Origin: Moniliella sp. 'wahieum'
Taxonomy: Eukaryota
Length of the DNA: 64,000 nucleotides
Direction of reading: 5' to 3'
NCBI GenBank assembly: GCA_003971905.1
Contig: RSEE01000072.1
Span: 124,001 to 188,000, forward strand
Shown here: positions 41,401 to 51,894 of the stretch, in pieces
Numbering within the stretch: position 1 is the first letter of the stretch
Layout of the letters: every line of letters begins with the position of its first letter
Program-made: the position numbers and the translations under genes
The notes under the pieces: model-generated
Told to the model about the DNA's origin: nothing
What the model saw: only the letters and a program-made list of their open reading frames with translations
The model's database searches: none

Positions 41401-41632
41401 CTATTCTAATCACAATATTGTGAACGGCGGCCAGCCTCGAGCCATCTTAAAAAGATGGCCCCCCACGAATTGAACCTGAGGTTTCTCCAGCCAACAGTAG
41501 GAATTGGCCGTTGCACCACCATTGGAGCCTAAGACTCCCGCAGCAATTTGGCAATCTTTGGACAGCACACGTGCTGTGTCCGCTTTCAGCCAAATCGTTA
41601 AAAACTGATAGACTGATGGTGTAGAGTATACA

Positions 41633-44600
41633 TCAACAGTGGTGACTACCATCATTAGTGGCCATTCGGGAAGGATCTAAAGGTTCATTACGGATTGTAC
41701 TGCCTCCAATACATCGTCGGCAGAAGGACATTCTCACCCTCGACCGCCCAGTCCTGGGCAAAAGCCAAGTCCCCAAGTCGCAGAATATCGGTGTGGGGAG
41801 AGAGACAGAGTTGACAAAGTGGTTGAGCAAGTAGCGCTGTACCGCCGACGTCGCAGACAAGTTGTGCTGGAGCCCATCGGACGTCAAGCCAGTGGTTGTA
41901 TCCGTAATGCTGTTGGGGACAACCCGGCACTTTTTGGCCTTCACGCAATTGTGCTGGACGTTAAGCGGGCCAAAGATGGTGTGGATCTGCGAAGCCGGAA
42001 TGTAAGTCATGCGTCGGGCGGACGCGCGCGGTAGCTCCAGGCCTCGCATGTCATATGCCGAGTCGATAGGCATGATGCGAGCCAAAGCGACCTTGACCCA
42101 AAGCACAGGGAGCACAAGGTTGGAACCAGTCCTCGCTGCTCCCGACCCCCCCTCGCGAGAGTCGGATTGGCCCGCCGGTGCACAGCAACCACATATTAGG
42201 CCGTTGGGCGGCAATGTGTTCTATCCGGCCAATGGAGAAGGGCGGCGTATCAGGATTCTGGGCATGGCGGGGTGGGAGGACTTCACCAATATCCTGTTGG
42301 GCAACAAGCACCCAGTCCCCCTAGCACAAAGCTGGCCATGCTGTACGCGGACCAACGGCATGTCGACAATATCTTCGACCGGCCCAGTGGCAGAACACCC
42401 CTCTGCTGTCATTGGTTCAGGAAGCCCCATCTTGTCGTGCACCGATATGACTTTGGCCTTAGCCACAGTCTGGATCGAAGCCGGACACGATGCAGCGCTG
42501 GAAGGGCTGTTGCGGCCCGTACCGGGTGCGGGAGGGACTTGCCACACACTGCCAAGCCCTTGGCCCAAGAGCTGAATCGTCGTGCCAGCCTGAGGTGGTG
42601 TAACATTCAATTGCAAAAATCTGCTGGGCCCCTGCCGATCCAGACGTCTGCGGACAATTTCTTGGTGTTCCCACCGGGCAAACCCTGTGTCACCTCCTCC
42701 CCTTTTCATCGTCAGGGGTTGTATCGCGGGGCACGAGTTTTGCAAGCGGCATGTCGATTGCCCGCCCTCCACATAGCAGGTTTTGCAGGTTCTCCTGGGC
42801 TGTTATCTTGTAGTTCAAGTCATGGCAAATATCTTTTTGCGGTTCGTAAATATGACCGCCTTGCGCATGACGCGGACAAACTCCTCCTCACGCTGTGTGT
42901 CAGCGTTCTTGAGAGGACCCCACAACAGCGCCTGCTGGGAGAGGTGACTCTGAAGGTGGAACTTGGGGCGACGAACGAGCATGGCCGGGTCGATGGCAGC
43001 GATGGCCATGAAAATGTGAATCACCGCCTTGTCAAGCAGTTCCTGTGGGCACATATGTACGGGGCAAAATGTAAGCTGTGAACTTGGACTAGAGAAGATG
43101 ATCACGGGCCCATGAGAGCTAACAGTTTCAGACGTACGCCATATGTAGCCCGGTCTTGAAGTGCGAAGCCATCGATGTAGCAAACCACTTAATGCGTGTG
43201 GCGGCCACAATGCTCTTGCGGACATTCTCCAGCCTCTCAATCTTGCTCAGAAGTCTCTGTCGCGCCGTTTCCGTGACGCCAGGCTTGGCGGAGTCCAACC
43301 GTAGCGTGGCCGCTAAGTTGGGCAGCACCAGAGGGAGAGTTTGGCACAATATCTTGTAGTCAACCCCGTGACTGAGCGCATGCTGTGAACCACTTTAGTG
43401 CATTGAGCCGTCGACCCACCGATTCCATACCCCACGAGTTGAGAGCGAATCTAGCCACAGCGCTAGCGAGGGCCCCTTGTCGAAGTTCGAGTCCGTCAGC
43501 AGCTCGATCGAGGCCTTGACTGGCCCAAGGAGAACTGTGTGCATGACGTCGATCGCCAGGCTCTTGTTGCCGACCGAGAAACTCGAGCACCCCTGCCATT
43601 CGTGGACAGTCAAAGGGGGTTGAACACGTAGCCGTTATTCTTGAACCCATCCAGCAGCTCACGAACGCCGGAGTACAAATTGGAAAGCAGCCTCTTGCGC
43701 TTCTTGCCATTCGTCGCCCCTGCTGAGTCCTCCAGAGTCTTGCGGGACTTGAACAGGATAAAGGATACGTCTTTCATATACTTAACCCCGGTCTGGCTCG
43801 CCCGGTCGTCGACACGGCCGTCGTTCTTGACGACCATGTCGAGTTGGTGATCGACTTCGCGGCTAGTTTCGACACTTGAATGTAGATCGCCTTCCGACTT
43901 GATGTGTCCGCCGGTAATAGTCAGTCCCATTTTGATGCACAACAGTAACACCAGTGGTGTCGTATACGCATCAGACAGTCAGCCACGTTCTCCGGCAACA
44001 TATTCGTTCCCCGTTGCCATCCGCAATCGCAAAAACGGCAGCACACGTGGGCAGTCATGTCCATAATGGAAGCCATCTCGTTCGCGGCCACGTTGTCGCC
44101 CTTTATCATCTGCAGCACGGGCTGTACAACAGGATCCATCCCTCGGTGGTCGAATCCCAGACAGGGATGAGCTCTTCGTGATACTGCCTGCAAGTTCGAA
44201 AAAGACGTTAGCATGCTGCTTTTGCCCAGGAATCACGGTGACTTCAAAGGCAACTTGGCCTAGACTGCGATACTCACTCTAGCTGTTTTACCAACTGCTC
44301 GCACAACGGGAAGAGAGACTTGGCCGTTTCCGATGCAAAGAGAAAAGATTCTTTGCCCATCTAGATTGCGACAACCGTAAAACGTGCATGTTGTTCAGCA
44401 GCATATGCCGTTCAGAGGGCTTGGCCGATTGGACACATTGCCTGCAAAACCATCAGCCCAGCCCCAGCTGGAGACAGACCAGAGCTCGGCCACAGGTCTT
44501 GGCTCGAAGGGGATTGACGCCCTTCCCAATTTCCTCACCGTCCCTTGTTCCTGTGTCGTACCAGGATGTGGAAGTCATCAGTCAACCCGACAAGAATTGC

Positions 44601-45228
44601 CGCTGCGTGAAGAGCGAAAAAACTTACCAATGGTATAGTCGTCATAGAGGCGCAACTTGGTTATGTCCACCTGAGTAAGAATGAAGGCGCGTGTCCTCTC
44701 TTGCCGGTGAACTTCAGCAGGTTGGACGTCTCGTCTTGGACCAGGTCGATTCCGATCCCGTACCAGGAGTCGCTATCAGCGTCGCGTTGCCACAAGACGG
44801 GAAAGATAGGCGCGAAAATGCCGACCAGGGGAACAGATTCGCCAAGGTACATGTGAATAGCCAGATCGCGTGGATGCTTATTGACCATGACCATCGGCTG
44901 AGTCCTTGTGCCGATCAGATCCCATCGTCCCTTGTGTGGTTGTTCAATGAACCCGTCCTTGAGGGGTTGGACCATCGCCCTGAGCGACCAGGGATTGGGA
45001 TACTGTGACATCTTGGAGCGCATGGACGAGTTCGAGGACATGTACGAGGTGGAAAATGCGGTCTCGCCCGAAGGAGACCCAATGTACATCGTCTCCTGAT
45101 ACAATCTGCTCGATGCACACGAGGCGGGCACACCTTCTCGATTGCCTTTTAGTTTTGTTGAGCGAGTAAAGAGGCAATTTCCCTTCGCTCTTGCCCGCGA
45201 CTTGTGCGAATGTGGTCTTCTCTCGCAA
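41633..45228 (-). CDS. Fungal CMC/EnSpm-like DDE transposase (~1,200 codons, split by indels)
   Basis: Motifs in order: QPMV...HMYLGE, NPLRAK..GR, ADGFAGNVS (1st Asp), GDNVAANE.AS...CCRFC (2nd Asp plus C(2)C), IDVMHTVLLGPVK ([M/L]H), RPKFHLQSHL....WGP....TQREE (H(3)H plus Glu), GDWVLV..IGRIEHI and LNVQHNC....C. These match the C(2)C/[M/L]H/H(3-4)H signature of CACTA-Mirage-Chapaev transposases. Confidence 0.8.
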
Positions 45229-45561
45229 CGAGACGGTTGGACTGGAGTATAGTGCTGTATATAGCTGCTGTCACGCGTCACGACTATCTCAAGTGCGTAG
45301 CTTAAAAAACTCTATATATATACTGAACGCCCAGGCTGCAGGTGGGCGCCTTGAGCTGGCGGTGGCGTGCGGGGGCAACACTGGCGCCATGCGGGTGGAC
45401 CGCCGGTGGACCACCGGTAGTTGCGCCTATAACCGCACGCAGCTGCGCCGATGCTCTTGCCTCTCAACTACCACCACCACCGCCACCGCCCCTCTCTCGC
45501 TGGCCACACACTGTGCTACCGGAGCTGGTGACATGTGTCCGGCTCGTTGCGCTGCCATTAT

Positions 45562-46215
45562 ATGCCCCCCCCCGACGCGCTTGCTGTGCTAGCGCCTGGC
45601 CTCGGTATGTCCACGCCCTCCGGGCGGATGCCTGTCGTACTGACTGACCTACGCGCAGCCACCGGAACCGAGTCGGCAACGCCTGGCGATCCCTGATATC
45701 CTTTGCGCCAAGATGCCGGTCATACCTCCCGCAGGCGAGTTGAAGATCAACGACGGGGCGCTTCGAGCGGACGGTCGACGGCGACGGTTTCCCCGGCCAG
45801 GTCAGTACCTGCGCTTTGTCCTTATCCGCCCATATACTGACAACGCCTTTAAGCAGGATGAATGGAGAAGGCGCTCAAGTGTTGAGGAAACGACCACAGA
45901 ACATGTGCTGGCTTGCACACAGATCATCGTTCGCCGTATGGTTGCGGGACTCATTCTCCCTCTCGAACGCGATGACGCTTCGCCCCCACGCCGCAAGTTG
46001 TATGGCTCTTGTTCTTTGCCCTTCTATCCCTATCATCTCGGCGTCCCCATGATGTTTTTGGTCCGCGATTAAACGACGAAGGCAAAGCTTCTGTGGTTGC
46101 CGCCGTCCCGAGGCTCCTCGAACAACCTGCCGTTGCCTTGGCGCTCCTCTACGTCTCTGTGTCTAAACAACCATGGCAATGCATGCTTTTAAAGATAATC
46201 CACTGCCTGATCTGA
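45562..46215 (+). CDS. Putative second, spliced gene inside the transposon, divergent from the transposase; product unknown
   Basis: Two canonical-looking introns: 45605-45658 (GTATGT..TACTGAC..CAG) and 45801-~45856 (GTCAGT..TACTGAC..AG). ORF 45713..46072 spans the region. A TATATATATA run at 45313-45322 lies between it and the transposase. Confidence 0.4.
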
Positions 46216-46226
46216 TAGCATTGTGG

Positions 46227-46286
46227 CACCCTAGCCATCACCCTAGCCACCACCCTAGCCACCACCCTAGCCACCACCTTAGCCGC
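46227..46286. repeat. Five tandem 12-bp units CACCCTAGCCAC in the right subterminal region
   Basis: caccctagccat caccctagccac caccctagccac caccctagccac caccttagccgc. Confidence 0.9.
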
Positions 46287-46527
46287 CAGCCTAGTGAAAA
46301 TATCTGTGGCTAGCCTTGCCACCAGCCTGCCGGCAAGGCTGCGGACTGTCCGGGGATAGGTGGGGGATAGGTGGGGGTAACCTGGGGCCAACCTGTCGGG
46401 TATAGATTGTCTCGACCTTGGCGACCATCTTGCGCAAGCTTTTCTTGTACAGGGTTGTGGCACTTCTAATCATAGACTCACGGTATCAATTTCTCACCTT
46501 GAGGCGAGATCGGCGGCAACGTTGTGA

Positions 46528-46551
46528 CTAGAAATTTCGATTAGCTATGTA
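46528..46551 (-). repeat. Right terminal inverted repeat
   Basis: CTAGAAATTTCGATTAGCTATGTA, the reverse complement of 41205-41228. Confidence 0.95.
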
Positions 46552-46718
46552 CTCTCTCTCATTCTACTCCACATATACTTAGCGTGCTCAGTACTCAGTA
46601 CACTCACTTATTTTGCTTGGTATGATATGGATCTCGAAATGACACAAAACAGACAGAAGGAAGACCTAAGGGGACAGCAATGACGGAAAGGAGAAAGGGA
46701 GAAACCGGGTGAGCTGCG

Positions 46719-49700
46719 CTACACCTGTGGGGCGTCTTGACGAAGCTTGTTGATGTGCTGGTAGAACTGAACGTGAGAAGCGCCCGAGCCATGAGCATAG
46801 ATGAAAGACGCAGCGACAAAGGCAGCAAAGGCCGAGCGGGCGTACGCTGCAGGGATGCGCTCCACCAAGGTATCCAGCCCCACCTTCTTCCGCAGGGTAG
46901 TGGGGAAAACATGGGCCATCACACTGCGTCGCACCACATCGTCGTCGTACAGGTTGGTCGCAGCAATCTCATCAGACAAGACGTTGAGTGCAGTGGAGAG
47001 CTCCGTGGAAAGGACCGAACGAGGACGAGAGGTAGCTTGGTGTTCGCGCCAAATTGCCTCAAACTCCATGGCTGCATTGCGAGCGATGATCGACTGGATG
47101 TCCCGCACATATCCAAGATAGAAGGGAGTAGGCTTGCCTCCTTGGAAGGTCATGTTCTGTAGGAACTCGTCATCAGTGAGCGACAAGCCGCACAACACCT
47201 CGAGTGACGACGAGGTCACGCCACCCTTGTTGGCGCTCGCGTCAGGGTAGAGAATGACACCGTGCTTCTCTAGTTCAATCCGAGCCTGGCGGGTGATGAA
47301 CAGGTTGGCGCCCTCGACAATGTACTTGAAATGGGGCTTTCCATCAGCATCAAACAGTTTGCCAACGTTCGAGATGCTGATTGCCTCGGGCCGTCCACCA
47401 CAGGGAACAAACAAGTCGGCTTGGAAGTTGAGATGTGCCGTGTTGCGATACGACAAGCCGTCCGGCACCACCTCGCCCGACGGGAGCGTCACATCCTTGT
47501 CCTCCACCAGGACGCGGAAGCCGCCCTTGCCCAACTTGGACACGTCAAAGTGATTGATCATCTTGCGCGTTTTGGCCAGGCGGATCAGCTCGGGACGGTC
47601 CAAGCCGGAAGGGTCGCGGATCACACCTGAACCATCAATGATCGTCGTGGTGCGGTCCGAGGAGAGAAGGATCTCGTTCGATCCGAGGTCCCCATCAGGA
47701 CCTCCAGTCTGAACCTTGGTAACGTCTTTCTCGTTCAGGCCGAGGCGACGATACAAGCCCAAGACGTATTGCCGCACCGATAGAGACGTCATGCCCCAGA
47801 CATCATGGGCACTCCACCAAGTGTGGCGGCCGTCTTTCCCGTCGTAAACGATTTCCACCACGGAGCACCGCGGGCCCGAGCATGTTCAGCGCCCCAGTCC
47901 ATAAAGTCGGCCGTGCCCTCGTCAGGACCAAAAAGAGAATCTCTTCCTTGCCATAGAGATCAACAATCTCCTCCTTGACCCCAGGTGTTTCGCCCTTGAT
48001 GAGCAAGTCGATCACCGCATCAACATACTTCTCAAAACACAGCTTGGGGTTGGCATCGAGAGTGGGGAGGATGGTGCCCTTGGACCCGCCTTCAGGAATG
48101 TCCTTGTTCTTGAGGTGCTGGGTCGATGCCAGACCGTAGTTCTCATCAAAGAGCGTACGCTGGTTGATCGAGTAATTCTCCTTGTTGCGAGAGCGGACAA
48201 TGCGAATTCCTCCACGAGCAATGTCCGAGAACCGAACGTGGAACCCACGGAAGTCTGAACCAACGACAAAGAAGACTCCATACGGCTTAACGGGGTACTC
48301 CACCTCGGGAAGGAATCCCGGGTCCAAACGGAATGAAAGAGCGACCTTGGTGGGCGTGTAAAAGTTGGTCTTGAGAACACTCTTGTTGAAAGCCAGAAGT
48401 GCTTCCAGCACCTGGAGCTCATGGGTGCTGGTGGTGGTCTTGCGGATGCGATCATGGATCTGAGCGTCAGTCAGAACCTCCTCCTTCACCAGGCGTTGGT
48501 ACGACAAGGTCGGGACCAATTCATCTTCTCCTGCCCCCCCAGGGTAATGGATGTTGGCAAAATGAACGTAGAGCAGACGGATCAGGTCCGGGTAGCGCTC
48601 CAGCACGTCTTGGATGCCCTCCCGAGTGAAGGTTTCTTCACGGAAGCGGGTCTTGATCTCGTTCAAGATCGACGCTTGGGCCGGGTCAGTATCGTCCAGG
48701 ACGTTGCGCAAGGCTTGGTATGACTGGCCCAGGCGGTTGCAAAAGTGTTGGGCAAAGAGCCAGCCGACATATGCATAGGTGGCTTCCTGGACCGCATGGC
48801 CTTCTTGTTGGTTGGCTGGATCCCCAACTTTGAAGAAGGGGTTGTCCGGTAGAGCATAGAGCAAGGACGCCTCACGCATAATCTGGTTGATCGAGTGGTC
48901 GATGGGAGGGTAGCCAGAAACCGGGAGCGGGTTGAGGTACGCGCACAGAATGGTAACCCCGTTGCTGAACTGCTCAACATACTTGCGCGAGGAAAAGAGA
49001 CCATAAAAGTGGTAGAGATCACTAAAACTGGAGAAGTAGTTGTTGGTAGAGCCTTGGCGGTAACCAATGACCACGCGGTGCTCGCTGCTTCCCTCGACTT
49101 GGTACACCTCTGGGGGGAAAAGAAAATAGAAGGGTCAGCATTCAGTACAAAATACATCCAAAGGGAAAGGCGTACCAATGACAGGGCCGGAACGGCGAAG
49201 AACCTCGGTCATCACTTCCTCGTACATGGCGAGCGTGTTCTCCGATGCACGGGTGAGGAAGTTCTTGTCCGACACTTTGCGGATATCGGTAAAGTCAGGG
49301 CTACCGGGTTGAGGTGCCGCTTGAACGAAGTCGGACTTGGTGAGGAAGTAGCAGCGGAGCTGTTCCTTGGACTGCGCAGAAACCGACCCGGCCGAGCGGT
49401 ACGATTCGAGGCGGTACGAATGGTCCGCACTGGTCTTGTTCAGGTAGCGCTCGTCAATGCGGCGCTCCCAGCGGGGCTTTCCTTTGGACAAACGTGCGAG
49501 TTGAGAAGAATGGATGTAGAGTGCTCCCGAGCCGTCTTCGGCCTCCTTCTCAAGATCAACGTCGAGGCTGGGGTGTGGTTGGTGTAGGCGAGAATCTTGG
49601 CGCCATAGAGGGCCATGATGTGGTCGCCAATCGTGGCGGGCGACTCGAGGGCAAAGTAGTTGTCGTCGATGCCGAGGCTGTGGTAGAACCACTCGACCTC

Positions 49701-49861
49701 GGTCTGGACGAGGCCGGCGGGGATGAAGGCTTTGGCGCGGAGGAGGTCGGCCACCTTGGCGGCTTGGGCGTCCTTGCCGGTAAAGACAGGCGTGGCGTAT
49801 CCGGCCTGATTGGGCACGACGTGGTCGGCGGGTGTGCCGGGCGGCTGCGGAGCGACGCCAT
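46719..49861 (-). CDS. GDH2: NAD-specific glutamate dehydrogenase
   Basis: VFTGKDAQ, EVEWFYHSLGIDDNYF, KTNFYTPTKVALSFRLDP, FRGFHVRFSDIARGGIRIVRS, KNKDIPEGGSKG, QTGGPDGDLGSNEI, FVPCGGRPE, VEGANLF and DASANKGGVTSSSLEV. Confidence 0.96.
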
Positions 49862-49929
49862 GGTGGGAGAGCGGCGGTTAGGGGAGGTTGGGGTGGCGAA
49901 CGCAGCAGAAAGGCAAAGGCGTGCGATCC

Positions 49930-49942
49930 ATATATATATATA
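49930..49942 (-). promoter_or_regulatory. TATA-like (TA)n run upstream of GDH2
   Basis: atatatatatata about 70 nt upstream of the ATG in otherwise GC-rich DNA. Confidence 0.5.
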
Positions 49943-51894
49943 GGGAGCCAGTCGGCCGCTGCGGCTGCTGTGCTGCTCTTCTAGCGAGGGCCTCCGGGAT
50001 TTTTTGGCGCGGGCACAGGGCGAGTGTGGGGGCTGCAATTTCAAGGCCCCCGCGCTGCTATCGGTGGGAAGCGGGTGTGGCTGGTGTGGCCCGTGCGTGA
50101 CCCGCAGAAACTCTGCGCCCGGCACGGGGGTTGTGTGCCGCCCCGCGCCGATGCCCGCCCGCTATTTGCCGCCGGTTCAAATCCTGTGCGGGTGATGGTA
50201 TTCCGCCTCTCCCCCCCTCCCTCGCCATGTCGGTCCCTCCATACACGTTACACCCGCCACAGCATCGCACCTTCCCTGCACCACGACAAGCCAGCCGGCG
50301 GAGCGAAGAGCATGCCCGGCTAGGACCGGCGCAGCCCAGCTGAGTTGTCGCAAGGGGGGATAGCGTCATGAACTGCTGTAGGCGCTTTTGGGGGCCGAGG
50401 AGGCTCAACTATTCCTCGTCGCGCGCGCTGGGAGCACTGTTGAAGCAAAACGCGTGGCGCAATCGATTGACACTCGGAAACTCGCTTGCCGTGACAATCA
50501 TCATCACGGCCGATTGATTGTGCGTGTTTAATGTGCACACAGCTTCCAGCTAGTATAGCGATGGCACTTGCCAGTTATTACCGTATGGCCCATCCCAATA
50601 TAAGAGTTTTCGCCCCGTAACCAGGATAATGTTCTTATCCCAGCGATTCGTGAGCTCTCAGTAATCATTTACATCAAAACCACATCGTTTTTGCGACCCG
50701 ACACAGGTTGTTTTGACACGATTTTGCACTACGGTATCAGCCTGGACGCTGTGCTTCTCTCGGCGCTTGAAACTACGTTGGCACGGACGCACATTGCACC
50801 AAACATGTATGCGCATGCTCTAGCCAGGAACATGTTGGTCGATGCTGCAACGTCTTCAACCGTCGCAGTACGTTCAACCGTCCTCCTTCCCAGTATGACA
50901 AAAGATGAACGATGAACAGGGATGGTATATGGGCCGCGATGGCGAACCGCGACGGGGTAGGTGGTGGTGGCGGGAATTATGCGATTGTTTATCAAGTTTA
51001 TCAAGTGTCGAGCAGGCAACAAAGACCCGAATGCATCTGCACACTCGTGGTGACCGGTGCCCGGCGATCGATGATCGCCTACCATCTCGGGTATCAGCGG
51101 GTCATTTAATCGATTTAATCATTCAATATAAATCGATCATGCATCACATACATCACACGTTATCGATTATCGATCGTCGATCATCGATCATCATTCATCA
51201 GCTGCTAGTCACCGTTCAGTTCACCGTTCTTCTAATATTTGGCCGCCAGCCGAAGACCAAAGACAAGATTTTTGCGTATTTATCCGCCCAGCCCGCCACC
51301 CTCCACCCCACCCTCCGTCCTCCGTACCCCATTCCCCACCCCATACATGTGTTGCCCACGTCTGTCTTGGCACTCAGACTGAGTACTAAGTGTTGGCCGC
51401 GTGCGCTGAGTACTTAGGGACCACTCGGTTGAGCTGGACTCAATACTCAACTCAACGTTGAACGTTGAACGTTGATTAATGATTAATTAATGATTGTTGA
51501 CTACGAAGGACTCGACTGGAAGCGACGACTAGTATAGAGTGAACAGTCGAGGAGAGAGAGAGGTGTGCATCGAGAGGTGCGCTTTCGGGACCAGGTAGGA
51601 TTCTCGTGACCAGTTTCAAGCTTCAAACTTCACTTCAAGCTTCAGGCTTAATGCTTTGAAGACCCGGACCAATCTCTTTCTAACGAGCACAACGTCCTTC
51701 AATACATCCCACTGCGACAACCCGAACGCTATTAGACCCCCGACCGTCTCGGTCGACCCAACCGTCGTCCGTGCACACAGCCAAGGTTCACGTTCATGCG
51801 ATGAATAAAATGAGGGCACGAGATGCAAAATGAGGCGGGTTAGGGGGGGGAGGGAAGAGGGGGAAGAGGCGCAAGAAGCGAGCAAAAAAAGCCA

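Larger units (their letters stand above)
41205..46551. mobile_element. Complete 5,347-bp TIR DNA transposon, CMC/EnSpm(CACTA)-like fungal family
   Basis: Left end TACATAGCTAATCGAAATTTCTAG (41205-41228) is the exact reverse complement of right end CTAGAAATTTCGATTAGCTATGTA (46528-46551). Flanked by CTC on both sides (41202-41204 and 46552-46554). Subterminal repeats at both ends and an internal transposase. Confidence 0.92.

Noticed and set aside
35500..46551. Starship-like or composite element carrying the OPT gene as cargo
   Set aside because: No tyrosine recombinase or outer boundary repeats were found, and the TIRs clearly exclude the OPT gene.
51837..51845. GGGTTAGGG as telomerase RNA template or interstitial telomere
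   Set aside because: It is a single 9-mer abutting a poly-G run in the UGGT 3' region with no supporting structure.
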